A DNA stretch of 64,000 bases. It comes from Aotus nancymaae (taxonomy: Eukaryota). Below, piece by piece: positions 1 through 14,186 of this stretch; within the stretch, counting starts at the first letter, position 1; every line of letters begins with the position of its first letter. The position numbers and the translations under genes are program-made. The notes beneath the pieces are model-generated. The model was not told the DNA's origin. It saw nothing but the letters and a program-made list of their open reading frames with translations, and made no database searches. The stretch is from positions 6,579,875 through 6,643,874 of the forward strand of contig NW_026988420.1 of the NCBI RefSeq assembly GCF_030222135.1, written 5' to 3'.

Positions 1-3000
1 AGATTGTTATTTTGTTCCATTGGTCGATATGTCTGTTTCGTACCAGTAACATGCTGTTTTGATTACTGTAGCCTTGTAGTATAGTTTGAAGTCTGGTAGC
101 ATGATGCCTCCAGCTTTGTTCTTTTTGCTTAGGATTGTCTTGGCTATACAGGCTCTATTTTGGTTCCATATAAATTTTAAACTAGTTTTTTCTAATTCTG
201 TGAAGAATGTCAGTGGTAGTTTAATGGGAATAGCATTGAAGCTATAAATTACTTTGGGCAGTATGGCCATTTTCACAATATTGATTCTTCCTATCCATGA
301 GCATGGAATGTTTTTCCATTTGTTTGTGTCCTCTCTGATTTCCTTGAGCAGTGGTTTGTAGTTCTCCTTGAAGAGGTCCTTCACTTCCCTTGTTAGCTGT
401 ATTCCTAGGTATTATATTCCCTTTGTAGCAACTGTGAATGGGAGTTGATTCATGATTTGGCTCTCTACTTGTCTGTTGTTGGTGTATAGGAATGCTTGTG
501 AATTTTGCACATCGATTTTTGTATCCTGAGACTTCGCTGAAGTTGCTTATCATAAGCTTAAGAAGCCTTTGGGCTGAGACGATGGGGTTTTCTAGATATA
601 GGATCTTATCATCTGCAAACAGAAACAGTTTGACTTCCTCTCTCTTTCTATTTCAATAATCTTTATTTCTTTATCTTGCCTGACTCTCCTGGCCAGAACT
701 TCCAATACTGTGTTGAATTGGAGTGATGAGAGAAAGCATCCTTGTCTTGTGCTGGTTTTCAAGGGGAATGCTTCCAGCTTTTGCCCATTCAGTATGATAT
801 TGGCTGTGGAGGTTTGTCATTAATGGCTCTTATTATTTTGAGGTGTGTTCCATCAATACCTAGTTTACTGCAAGTTTTTGACATAAAGGGATGTTGAATT
901 GTATCAAAGGCCTTTCTATATCTATTGAGATAATTGTGGTTTTTGTCTTTAGTTTTGTTTATGTGATGATCAACTATCTTTTAAAGCAATTAAAAATAAG
1001 GGGAAATGTCTTCTACATTTATTCTCAATTTTATTATTTCTGGTGTCTTTCATTTCTTTTTTTTTATTTTTATTTTTTTTATTTATTTTTTATTTTTGAA
1101 AGAAAGAAAGAAAATGAAGAAGAAGAAGAAAAAGGAAGAGAAAGAGAGAGAGAGAATGGGAGTATTGCTTTCTTGCCCAGGCTAGAATGCAGTTTAGTAA
1201 TGGGTATTGAAAACCTCTTTTATACCAATAATTATACTTGATGCAGACAGGAAGGAATAAGGGAAGAAAATAACAAACAAGCAGCCAACCAATATTTCAT
1301 TTAAACCTATAAAATGCTATGCGATTACTGAGGAGTGATTTACTTCCAATTATGTAGTCACTTTTGGAATAGGTGTGAGGTGGTAATGTATGTTTTGTGT
1401 ATTTGAAGTGGAGAGTTCTGTAAATCTTTATTAAGTTTACTTGTTCCGGGTCTGAGTTCAAGTCCTGAATGTCCTTGTTAATTTTCTGTCTCGTTGATCT
1501 ATAAAATTGTTAGCTCTTCTTGTTACATTGATCCTTTTGCCATTATATAATGTCCTTCTTTGCCTCTTTTGCTCTTTGTTGCTTTAAAGTCTACTTTATC
1601 AGAGGTGAGAATTGCATCTCCTGCCTTTTGTTTATTTGTTTATTTTTACTCTCTGATTGGTTGATAAATCTTCCTCCTTCTCTTTGTTTTGAGTCTTTGT
1701 GTATCGTTGCATGTGAGATGGGTCTGGATGCAGCATACCAATGGGTTTTGGCTTTTTATCCAATTAGAATATATATATAGGTTTAATACTGGCATTTGAT
1801 GCTAGCTGGCTGTTTTGCCCATTAGTTAGTGTAAATTTTTCATTGTGTTAATGCTCTTTGCTTGTTGATATATTTTTGGAAAGGCTGATATTGGTTGTTC
1901 CTTTATATGTATAGTGCTTCTTTCAGAAGCTCTTGTAAAGCAGACCTGGTGGTGGTGAACTCTCTAAGTACTTGTTTGTTCTCAAAAGATTTAATTTTTC
2001 CTTCGATTATAAAGCTTAGTTTGGCTGGATAGGAAATTCTGGGTTGAAAGTTCGTTTCTTTAAGGATGTTAAATATTGGTCCCCACTCTTTTCTGGCTTG
2101 TAGAGTTTCTGCTGATAGATCTGCTGTAAGTCTGATAGGTTTCCCTTTATGAGTAACCTGACCTTTCTCTCTGACTGCCCTTAGTATTTTCTCCTTCATT
2201 TCAACCCTAATAAATCTGGCAATTATGTGCCTTGGGGTTGGTCTTCTTGAAGAATATCCTTGTGGTGTTCTCTGTATTACCTGGAGTTGAATATTACCCT
2301 GCCTTGCCAGGTTAGGAAAGTTTTCCTGAATGATATCCTGAAGAGTATTTTCCAACTTGGATTCATTCTCTTCATCACATTCAGGTACACCTATCAAACG
2401 TAAATTAGGTCTTTTCACATAGTCCCATATTTCCTGGAGACTTTGCTCATTCCTTTTCATCCTTTTTTCTCCATTCTTGTCTTCTCGTTTCATTTCACTG
2501 AGCTGGTCCTCGACTTCTGATATCCTTTCTTCTGCTTGATTGATTCGACTGTTTAAACTTGTGCATGCTTCGTGAAGTTCTCGTGTTGTGTTTTTCAGCT
2601 CCATCAATTCACTTATATTCTTCTCTAAATTGTCCATTCTCGTTAACATTTCGTCAAACCTTTTTTCAAGGTTCTTAGTTTCTTTGCATTGGGTTAGAAC
2701 AAGTTCTTTTAATTCACAGAAGTTTCTTATCACCCACGTTTTGAAACCTGCTTCTGTTATTGGAACACACTCGTAATCTATTAAGCCTTGTTCCGTTACT
2801 GATGAGGAATTGCGATCCCCTGTAGAGGGAGAGGCATTCTGATTTTGAGTATTCTCTGCCTTTTTACGCTGGTTTCTTCCCTTCATTATATATTTATCCA
2901 TCTGTCGTCTTTGCAATTACCGACTTTCTAACTAGGTCTCTGAGCTGACGTCCAACTTGTTGATTCCCAGTGCCAAAATCTGAGCAATCCACTGCGCCGG

Positions 3001-3290
3001 CCAAAACAGCGGTGTTAAGATTGATGGTGCTTTTCTGCCCGGGAATCTCTGGACTCTGCACCAAGAACTGGCGCACTAAGGCACCAGCAAAACCGCCACG
3101 CCGGCCACAAGAGTCGCCCTGGCGACCTATGGGGCTCCTCTGCTGGGAATCTCCTAGTCCGTGAGCAACAAATATTCATCTGAAAGTGTGGCGTCCTCTC
3201 GTTCTCTGCGCTTTCACTGGGAATTACAAACCTGAGCTGCTAGTGATCAGCCATCTTGGATCTCTCTCTCATTTCTTTGTATAGATACAA
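1..3290 (-). mobile_element. LINE-1 (older L1PA/L1PB-like), 5' two-thirds: ORF2 (antisense on + strand), ORF1, short 5'UTR. ~1.4 kb of ORF2 is missing and replaced by A/T-rich filler plus a GA-rich tract at ~960-1260. The element continues beyond the window start.
   Basis: Minus-strand ORFs 7..384 and 242..553 match L1 ORF2 ([15 protein letters not shown]...AILPKVIY...FIWNQ). 900-960 and 1260-1900 read as antisense ORF2 RT/EN DNA. The 1903..2916 ORF is L1 ORF1p. 2917-3250 is 5'UTR-like. Confidence 0.85.
1903..2916 (-). CDS. L1 ORF1p, 337-aa uninterrupted frame (coiled coil, RRM, CTD; ...NEQSLQEIWDYVKRPNLRLIGVPE...). C-terminus slightly truncated.
   Basis: The ORF-track translation is strongly similar to L1 ORF1p, and L1 inter-ORF and ORF2 sequence lie immediately downstream. 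Confidence 0.8.
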   Translation of the reverse strand: MQRRQMDKYIMKGRNQRKKAENTQNQNASPSTGDRNSSSVTEQGLIDYECVPITEAGFKTWVIRNFCELKELVLTQCKETKNLEKRFDEMLTRMDNLEKNISELMELKNTTRELHEACTSLNSRINQAEERISEVEDQLSEMKREDKNGEKRMKRNEQSLQEIWDYVKRPNLRLIGVPECDEENESKLENTLQDIIQENFPNLARQGNIQLQVIQRTPQGYSSRRPTPRHIIARFIRVEMKEKILRAVREKGQVTHKGKPIRLTADLSAETLQARKEWGPIFNILKETNFQPRISYPAKLSFIIEGKIKSFENKQVLREFTTTRSALQELLKEALYI

Positions 3291-3311
3291 AGAAATCTTC
3301 CTTCTGCTTGA

Positions 3312-3335
3312 GAAGTTTGATTGATTGATTGATTG
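3312..3335. repeat. (GATT)n microsatellite
   Basis: gattgattgattgattgattttt. Confidence 0.9.
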
Positions 3336-3339
3336 ATTT

Positions 3340-4900
3340 TTAGTGCAAGCATGCTAGCAAGGAGTATGTTCATTTTTTATCTAACAAGACCTTTCACCTT
3401 CATTTTTTAAAGATATTTTTTGCTGAACATGGGATTCCAGGTGACAGTTTATTTGTTTTCCTTTCAGCAGTTTAAACATGTTACTTCGTTGTCTTCTGGC
3501 TTGTAGGATTTCTGACCAGACGTCAGCTCTAATTTTTGTGTTGTTCTTCTGTATGTGAAAGTATGTTTTCTCTCAAGCTCCCTTCGAGATTCTCTTTATC
3601 TTTGGTTTTCAGTAGTTTGACTATGATGTATTTATGTTATTTTGAAAAATTATTGCTTATCTTGCTTGGAGTTCTCTGAGTTTGGATTGTCTCACATTCA
3701 TTTTGGGACAGTCTTGACCCTTATATATTGAAACATTTCTTCTCCCTCATTCTCTCTGTCTCTTTTCTCCTTCCGAGACTTCAATACATATATGTTAGAC
3801 CGTTTGATATTGCACCACAGCTTTTGGAGCTCTATTTTTTCACTTTTATTTCTTGTTGCATTTTATTTTGGATAATTTCTATTGACCTAACTTGAAGTTC
3901 ATTCATTCTTTTCTCAACTATTGTCAGTCTGCTGATAGGCTTGTCAAATTCTTCAACTTTGATAATATGTCTGTTTCTAGCATTTCTGACATTTAAAAAA
4001 TACAATTTAATTTCTCTAATGAAAGGGTCCATCTATTCATATGTATTCCTCACCTTTTCTCTATGTCTTTTCATATATTAACTATAGTCCTGTCTGTTTA
4101 TTGCAGTGTCATGGTCATCTCTGAATCTGCCTGTTAATTGCTTTATCTTGACATTGAGTCATTTTTTTGCTTGCTTTTTTTAAAAAAGGGTATATTTTGG
4201 AATTTGTGATTGAATGCTGGACATTGTATCTAAAAGAAGAAGAGAGACTGAAATAAATGGCATGTATGCCCAGAAATGGCAACTCCCGTTCTTTCAGGTT
4301 TGTGTAGGGGTTGAAGAGTTGAGTTTGAGTTTTGCTATTGTTATCATTACTCTCCGTTGTTATTATTACTCTTGGTCTCAAATGCCTCCAGTGCTGGGAC
4401 GCCACTACCTTGTGCCTGTTGGGCCTGGATACGGAACAATTCTTACTGGGGTTCATGCTCCACTCCCACCTTTCAGCAGGCGCTGCACACCGTCCCACAG
4501 AGGTGGTTACAGCAACTCTTCCCCTCCCCAGTGCTAGGCTGCTGTTGCTTGATATGCTGTACTAGGCTCCTGGTGGGTCAGGGGCATTCTCCTGGTTCAG
4601 CCTCAGTCAGGCAGGGCCTGCAGTCCTGGACCTTAGGGTGGGAACTTCTTAGTATTTCTGTTCATTCTTCTACCTTAGTGGCAGCCAAATTCTGCCTTGT
4701 GTCTGTTAAGAGTTATCTAGGGGACAGTTTCCTGCCTTTCCCCCCGTTGTAGCAACCCTTGCTTTGGACGAGTACAGGGTCCTGGGCCTAGGAGGCTGTC
4801 ATTCCCTGCCCCATCGGGAGGTAGCTATTTCTCTCAGAAGCATGAAGCTTTACCTGGGCACAGGGGTAGTAAGGAAGGCTTCTGATCCCTGGTTTGCTTC
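3340..4900 (-). repeat. Unclassified degenerate interspersed repeat, possibly the long 5'UTR of the adjacent old L1
   Basis: Contiguous with the L1 5' end, no coding potential, repeat-like low-complexity composition. Family not recognised. Confidence 0.3.
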
Positions 4901-5394
4901 TGCCCCTTCCCGGCAGCCCTGTAAGTGAGAGTTTGCTGCCCTTCCCCCTGCAGCTGGAGGTTTTTGCATGTGGGGGAGGATCCAGGGAAGTGGTCCCAGC
5001 ACATCCCCCACACCTGCTCCACAGAGAGGTGCTCTACGTGGTCTCCTGCCCTGCCGAGCCTTTCCGGTGGGCCCAGTGGAAGGCTGGAGAGATATGGGGA
5101 AAGGCCTGCAAGAGAATGCAAACTCCCCTTGGCTCAGGAGCTCCCAATTATCCTAAACCAGTAAGCTCACCCACTGTCAGCCAGGAGGAGTTCACACAGC
5201 TCCTGTGTCCCACCTGTCCCCTCTTTGGAATTCAGTTCACTTGGTTGATGAGTTCAAGACGAGTTATGATTTTGTATATTACGTGGTGTGTTATAACAGA
5301 AGTGACATCATCTGCATCCACCTATTCTACCCAGAAACAGAACTGCAATCCCATGCTATTAAGTGGCAGTCTCTTAAATGAACCCCAGATTTTG

Positions 5395-5706
<312 letters not shown>

Positions 5707-6057
5707 TTATACATACATTTCTTTTAAATGCTAGCACTATTAACTATTTAATAATCACCTATTTTTCATTTATTTCCATACAGCAAATGGATGTCTTTGA
5801 TGTCAAAAGTAATAATTTAACCTTTAAGCCTAAATTAGTCCTAATCTAAATATACAAAATGTTCATGATACGGCGGTCAACTAGAATGGTGAACATAGTT
5901 GGGAATGTTGAGAGGATCTCTGCGAAGTTACCAGAAGAAAATATATCTAGCCCGTTTGTTCTGCCCTAGCTAGTCGTGGGGTTGTTGCCTTGTATAGTGA
6001 TTATCAATATCCCATTAAAAGAAAGCTAAAGACTTTTTATTAGAAAATAACATGATA

Positions 6058-6345
6058 GGCTGGGTATGGTACCTCACACCTGTAATCCCAGCACTTCGGG
6101 AGCACAAGGTGGAAGGGTCACTTGAGGCCTGGAGTTTGAGACCAGCTTGGGTAACATAGGGATGCCCCATCTGTATTTAAAAATCAGCCAGGCATGGTGG
6201 TGCATACCTGTAGTCCCAGATACTTAGGAGGATGGCTTAGACCTGGGGTTTCAAGGATATATTAAGCTATGACTGCACCACTGCCCTCCAGCCTGGGTGA
6301 CAGAGCAAGATCCTATCTCTAAACATTAAATAAATAAAAATAACG
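6058..6345 (+). mobile_element. Alu (older, diverged)
   Basis: ggctgggtatggtacctcacacctgtaatcccagcacttcggg...ctccagcctgggtgacagagcaag. Confidence 0.85.
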
Positions 6346-6798
6346 AGAAATTACCATAAGGTAAAATAATTAAGCAAGGGCCAAGCCTAGAAAAAACTGC
6401 CATGGTTCTACAGCTGCTGGCAAAAGTGGTGTTGGGTGCCATGGTGGTCAGGGAGGGTCTTCAAGAAAGGGCTTTCTGGAGGCCACTTGTGCAGCAGAGC
6501 CCACCTGAGCAGGGATGTCATACATACAAGCCCCCTGGGGCAGAGTCCATGAGTGCGTCTTCCCAGTTGAGCTGCCAAGGGGACCCCTCTCCATCCGGCT
6601 GCCACGGATATCACCCTGTTCCCACCACTGGTGAATGGCTTCAGGAGTCTCCGTTAGTCCCACCAGTGTGTCTTTTAGGTTTTATTACTGTTTTCTGAAG
6701 AAGAATTTGGCAGATTGTCATTCAGGTTGCTTAAGAAATATGTGGAGTTAGCTGGCATGCTTTCAAGTTGCAAGCTAAGTCATATGTTTCTGTTTCAG

Positions 6799-6963
6799 GA
6801 CGTTTTTACTGTAAGTGTTGGAAACTTACCGCCTAAGGCTAAGGTTCTCATAAAAATTACCTACATCACAGAACTCAGCATCCTGGGCACTGTCGGTGTC
6901 TTTTTCATGCCTGCCACTGTAGCGCCCTGGCAACAGGACAAGGCTTTAAACGAAAACCTTCAG
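6799..6963 (+). CDS. PARP4: PARP4 exon (approx. exon 18 of 34), C-terminal part of the VIT domain: DVFTVSVGNLPPKAKVLIKITYITELSILGTVGVFFMPATVAPWQQDKALNENLQ
   Basis: Acceptor tgtttcag|GAC, donor CAG|gtttgt. Phase 0 to 0. VIT-domain sequence. Confidence 0.85.
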
Positions 6964-7375
6964 GTTTGTATGCATAAGATTTGAAGAAGCATTTTAGTGG
7001 CAGTGGAGAGAGAGTGGTGCAGGGATGTGGAGGAATTTATGCATGGGGAGAAAAAACGTGTAAAATGATATTTTAGGCATCAAGTCAATTTTACTGACAT
7101 TTATGCATTTAGATACATTACGTTTGTAAAATGAAAAGAACAAAAGATACAGATATGATTAATAAGCATATTTTTATTCTGCTTAATCACTCAAAAAATG
7201 TTATATCTGTAGTGCATGTTCATCATGAAGAACTAGATAAGCATAGAGAATACAAATAAACCAAAATAAGAAAATTAAAACCATCATCCTTTATCCCATC
7301 GCCCAGATATTGCTACTGGCTAATGCTTTGGTATATCCCTCCAAACTTCCTACTTTGCATAGCACATGTATAAAA

Positions 7376-7430
7376 TGTGTGTGTGTGTCTCTCTGTGTGT
7401 CTGTGTGTGTATACACACAGAGACATATGT
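7376..7430. repeat. (GT/TG)n microsatellite, interrupted
   Basis: gtgtgtgtgtctctctgtgtgtctgtgtgtgtatacacacag. Confidence 0.85.
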
Positions 7431-7635
7431 TGAGTTGAAAATCTCTGTCAGAATGGTCAGTTGTATTTTAAAGTTCCTGTCATTCCATGAGCAAACTTTC
7501 TGTGTTTCACTACTTGAAAGTGAAACCAGCTGTCTTGCTGACAGTTGTGGCCTTGCCAAGATTACAAGCAGGTTAGAGTCTCATTGTGAAACTGAAAATA
7601 TGCTTAGTTATACAAATGTATTTTTCTTTTAACAG

Positions 7636-7682
7636 GATACAGTAGAGAAGATATGTATAAAAGAAATAGGAACAAAGCAAAG
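7636..7682 (+). CDS. PARP4: PARP4 exon: DTVEKICIKEIGTKQ(S)
   Basis: Acceptor ttttcttttaacag|, donor AAG|gttagt. 47 nt, phase 0 to 2, joins the next exon in frame. Confidence 0.7.
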
Positions 7683-7824
7683 GTTAGTACCTAAAATATA
7701 AAATCTATCAATTAATCATTCAATGGATATTAAATTTCCACTTAGAATTGTTTGAAATAATTTCAGATAGAAATTATTTGATCTTTCATATAGACTAAGA
7801 TAATTTTCTCTTCATTTTTGGTAG

Positions 7825-7903
7825 CTTCTCTTTGACTATGTCTATTGAGATGCCATACGTGATTGAATCCATTTTCAGTGATACACATGAACTGAAACAA
7901 AAG
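7825..7903 (+). CDS. PARP4: PARP4 exon: (S)FSLTMSIEMPYVIESIFSDTHELKQK
   Basis: Acceptor catttttggtag|, donor AAG|gttagtg. Phase 2 to 0. Confidence 0.75.
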
Positions 7904-8258
7904 GTTAGTGAATCTTTTACTTCTTAAGAGCTCTTCTTTAATACTACTTTTATTTTATGAAAGCAATGCAGGCATGTGGTTTAAAAGTGAAATAATGCTA
8001 ACAACAGCTTCTAACAAGAAGCAGCAATCCTGCCTCTGACTCTCCCCAGTCCAGTTTCCAGAGGCAGTGAACCACTTAGAATATTTGAGCTGTTTCTCTG
8101 GTTTTGCCTACAGTTTTCAAATATTAATTTTTAATGCTTTTTCTTGATTCATCTGTTTCAGAAATTGTCTTTTGACTTCCTGTTATGGAAGGTGGACGTG
8201 TAGCTCTTACCCCCTTCACTCACCCTACTCCCTACTTTTCCTCTGCCCTTCAGGTCCT

Positions 8259-8510
8259 GAATAGCTAGGGCTACAGGCCTGTGCCACCACACCTGGCTAA
8301 TTTAAAAAAAAAAATTGCAGAGACATGGTCTTACTATGTTGCTCGGGCTTTTTTCAAACTCCTGGGCTCAAGCGATCCTCTTTGCCTCGGCTTCCCAAAG
8401 TGCTAGAATTATAGGTGTGAGCCACCACACCCAGTCTATTTTCCTTTTTAAAATTCTGCAGGAATTTCCAACCTTCTCTTTATCTCTGGTATTCTGAAAT
8501 TTCATAATAA
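8259..8510 (-). repeat. Left arm of an inverted duplication: Alu fragment (minus orientation) plus ~75 bp of unique flank. Pairs with 8923-9175.
   Basis: The reverse complement of 8923-9175 matches this block, including the non-Alu flank attttcctttttaaaattctgcaggaatttccaaccttctctttatctctggtattctgaaatttcataat. Confidence 0.75.
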
Positions 8511-8570
8511 TATATTCATTCATTGTATGTAACTGGTGGTCTTTAGTTCTGAGAAATTTTGTTGTATTAA

Positions 8571-8921
<351 letters not shown>

Positions 8922-8922
8922 A

Positions 8923-9175
8923 ATAATTATGAAATTTCAGAATACCAGAGATAAAGAGAAGGTCTGAAATTCCTGCAGAATTAAAAAGGAAAATAGGCTG
9001 GGTGTGGTGGCTCACACCTGTAATTCTAGCACTTTGGGAAGCCGAGGCAAAGAGGGTTACTTGAGCCCAGGAGTTCAAGAAAAGTCTGGGCAACATAGTG
9101 AGACCCCTGTCTCTACAGAGTTAAAAAAAAAAAATTAGCCACATGTGGTGGCACAGGCTGTAGCCCTAGCTACTG
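8923..9175 (+). repeat. Right arm of the inverted duplication (unique flank plus Alu in + orientation)
   Basis: aataattatgaaatttcagaataccagagataaagagaaggtctgaaattcctgcagaattaaaaaggaaaatag followed by ggctgggtgtggtggctcacacctgtaattctagc..., sharing diagnostic variants with 8259-8440. Confidence 0.75.
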
Positions 9176-10179
9176 CCTCTGCAGTGCCTCTCAGTCAGGC
9201 ATCCCTGGAGCAAGCCCCTTGTTTTCTTATGTTTTTTTCCTATTGCCCATTTTTGTTGTCTTTTTGTTCCACTTTTGGGGCATTTTTTTTTCCATTTGCA
9301 ATTCCAGCTGTTACACTGAAATTTTAATTTTAGTTCTCTTATGTTTCATTTGTCAGAGCTGTTTTCTGTTCTATGAGTATTCCTTCTTTCATAGCATCTT
9401 TGTGTGTTTCGTGGATACGCTATCCTCTCTCATCTCTCTAAAAACATTCATAATGCATTTTTTCTTCTCTTCCTCATGTTGTGTCTCCTCTCTTTGAGTT
9501 CCTTTTTTTCCCCTTCTGGCTTTTTGTTGTTTTTTGGCCTCCATGTTTCCTTAAATGTCTGGGTACCTCTCTCTGGATCCATCATTAAGACTGAAATGCA
9601 AGAAATCGACTGGAAGCTCTGGGGTGCTTACGGAGTTGACCGGGTCAGGTGACTGAGGGGCCCACGTTTTGGGATGCTGACCTCGCTACCCTGAAGGAAG
9701 CAGACTGTGCCCCAGTGCCCCGTCATGCCTAGCCTTCCCTGGCCTGATTCTATTTGGCTGAATTTCTCCAAATGATGAACTCCATATTCCCTTAGTGAGA
9801 GAATAGGGTGTCAGTGGTGCTAGCTGCTTGCTCACTTGGGTTGGGGAGGGGCCAGGGCCTGACAGCTTCATCCACATCTATTCACTAGGACCTGGTGGCC
9901 TTAATTCCCAGGACGAGGCCGGGCTGACCAGCCCATGGGTCTCCATAAGAGCCTCCACCACTCTGGCTGAGCTCCTTCCCATGCCTCCATCCATTCCCCT
10001 CCCATTTGTTGGCATCTCGTATCTGGTGTTGTCTTTGTTCCTGTTTTCAGGGTCTGTGTGGGTCCACACCCTTTTTATTGGTTGCCTTCCTTTCATTGTA
10101 GGTAGGCTTGGGCATTTTGCTGGGGAGTGGAGATAAGTGTATATTTCTAATCTGCCCTCTTCAAAGAGTCCTCCTCTAC

Positions 10180-10660
10180 ATCACTTAGCTTTTGCCATAT
10201 AACAAACAGTCCCAAAACTTTGTGGTTTAAAACAACAAGCGTTTATTCTCACAGTTCTGTGGATCGGCTGGGCAGTTCTGGGCTGGGCTGGGCCAGGACG
10301 ACCTAGGACAGCCTCATCCACCGCTGGCTGCCGGCCTCGTTTCAGCAGGGCAGGGGCTGTGTCTCCCCTGCAGAGCTTGGCTCGGGTAGATTCTTATAAT
10401 CGGGAAGGAGTCCTCAGTAGCAACAAGAGAGCGCCAGCCCCGTTGCATGGACACTTTTCACGTACTACTTGTATCTCATTGGCCACAGCAAGTCCTACGG
10501 CCAACTCCAGATTCAAGGGTGTAAATATAGCTACTGCCTCGAGGCAGGAGGAACTTCAAAAGTCACATTGCAAGGGGGCACGCAGACAGGCGTGGAGAGA
10601 CTTTGTGGTCATGTTACAATCTAGCACATTGCCTTTGCCTTTGTTGTTGTAAAGCTTATC
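10180..10660. repeat. Unclassified ancient interspersed repeat (MER/LTR-like)
   Basis: Motif ttgccatataacaaacagtcccaaaactttgtggtttaaaacaacaagcgtttattctcacagttctgtgg...gtcacattgcaagggggcac, recognised as a common mammalian repeat consensus-like sequence. Family not assigned. Confidence 0.4.
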
Positions 10661-10971
10661 ATTTAGATTTTCAACAGCTTTTTTATATTCATGAAAATAT
10701 ATACAACTAAGGTATAATTCTAAGATTTCTGTTGAATTTTCTATTTTATTCTTCTAGGTTTTAATTATCTGATGTGCTGTCTGCTATACCCAGATAAGTC
10801 TAACTGAATGGACAGATCTATAATCTTTGGATCCAGGGTTTGAGACTGTCTCACACTTACCTAAATTTGACTGTGTGATTGCAGAAATCAACCTTAGGAT
10901 TGCAGAAGGGTGTCTAATATGCTCGTGGTCTTCTAAAACCTACATTTCATTATTTAGGGTTTTTTTAGGGG

Positions 10972-12611
<1,640 letters not shown>

Positions 12612-12734
12612 ACTTTGTTGATTCTTAATAGTTACGTAAGCTTTGCAAGGGTTTGCTCCATGACAGGTAAGTGCAGACTGCTAAAACAGTGTTTCTGCAT
12701 TACTCACCCTGTTGTCGTGGTGTTTGTTTTACAG

Positions 12735-12872
12735 CGCACAGACTGCAAAGCTGTCATTAGCACCATGGAAGGCAGCTCCTTAGACAGCAGTGGATTTTCT
12801 CTCCACATCGGTTTGTCTGATGCCTATCTCCCAAGGATGTGGGTTGAAAAACATCCAGAAAAAGAAAGCGAG
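12735..12872 (+). CDS. PARP4: PARP4 exon: RTDCKAVISTMEGSSLDSSGFSLHIGLSDAYLPRMWVEKHPEKESE
   Basis: Acceptor gtttgttttacag|, donor GAG|gtatac. Phase 0 to 0. Matches ORF 12564..12929. Confidence 0.8.
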
Positions 12873-13288
12873 GTATACCCTTTCTTACTTAGAAATAGGA
12901 GACGCTATTGGAAAAACGTTTCAGAATAAGTTGGTTAAACTTGGAAATTATTAATTGTCCTGAAAAACTAGCATTACAAAATGAGCTCTCGCACCCCAAG
13001 ATTCTGCAGCTAAAAGTATTTATGATATCAAGCATGCCAAACTTCTGATATTTCAACCAAAACCCTTATGTGCATGACTTGCCTGTACAGATTGGCATTT
13101 TTACCTTAAGCTCCACCACAAAGAACATGTGCTGTCAGACATTACATTGGATATCTGTATGCTTTTTATACTTTTAAAATACTGATTCTGGAAAAACGTG
13201 AACAATTATTTATGGTTGGTGATAAGACCATTTTGTGTGACTGTGACAAAGAGTCTCTTCTTAAGTTAAAATTAAAATGGAAGCTTAC

Positions 13289-13590
13289 AGCCGGGTGCAG
13301 TGGCTCACACCTGTAATCCCAGCACTTTGGGAGGCCAAGGCAGGTGGACTGCTTGAGCCCAGGAGTTTGAAACCAGCCTGGGAAACATAGTGAGACGACC
13401 TCGTCTCTACAAGATATTTAGAAAAAAAATTAGCCAGGTGTGGTCACATGTACCTGTGCTGCCAGCTTCTTAGGAGGCTGAAACAGGACAATCACTTGAG
13501 TCCAGGAGGTTGAGATTAAAGTGAGCTGTGATCGTGCCACTGCACACCAGCCTGCACAACAAAGAGAGACCCTGTCTCAAAAAAAAAAAA
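13289..13590 (+). mobile_element. Alu
   Basis: agccgggtgcagtggctcacacctgtaatcccagcactttgggaggccaaggcagg...polyA at 13579-13590. Confidence 0.9.
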
Positions 13591-13990
13591 GGAAACTTCT
13601 ATGATAGTAGTTATTTTAAGTATTGGTTAATTAATGGAACAAAAGGTATGTGTGTATATTTTGGTAATCACAGTGGCATGTATATTCCTCTTAGAATAGT
13701 GTGTATGAGATATATAGATATTTGTTCTCTAATGTCAATGCTGTATGATTTTTTAGGTACTAATTTTTGACCTCTCAGGAGTTTATGTCTTCTCCATTGG
13801 AAACTCCCAGCTCTAACATTCTGCTTTTGACTGGAACTCCTAGTAGGCCATCTTGTTGTAAATTAAATCTTATTCTTTTGGTTTTTATAGCGTTAGTTAC
13901 CTCACTAGAAAGTTTTGGAGTTTTCTAAGTAGATCTTTTCCTGTTGAAGTGACGAGATGCTCCAGGCCAGCACCTTCTTTCTCCTTTCAG

Positions 13991-14186
13991 GCTTGCATGC
14001 TTGTCTTTCAACCCGATCTCAACGTCGACCTCCCTGACCTGGCCGATGAGAGCGAAGTGATTATTTGTCTGGACTGCTCCAGTTCTATGGAGGGTGTGAC
14101 ATTCTTGCAAGCCAAGCAGATCGCCTTGCATGCGCTGTCCTTGGTGGGTGAGAAGCAAAAAGTAAACATTATCCAGTTCGGCACAG
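13991..14186 (+). CDS. PARP4: PARP4 exon, start of the vWA domain (MIDAS DCSSS motif): ACMLVFQPDLNVDLPDLADESEVIICLDCSSSMEGVTFLQAKQIALHALSLVGEKQKVNIIQFGT(G)
   Basis: Acceptor ctcctttcag|, donor CAG|gtgagtg. Phase 0 to 1. Confidence 0.85.

Noticed and set aside
1081-1200. GA/GAA-rich tract followed by an Alu-like 50-mer inside the L1 ORF2 region
   Set aside because: Interpreted as filler or simple-repeat expansion at an internal L1 deletion, plus a short Alu-derived fragment. It is not a separate functional element.
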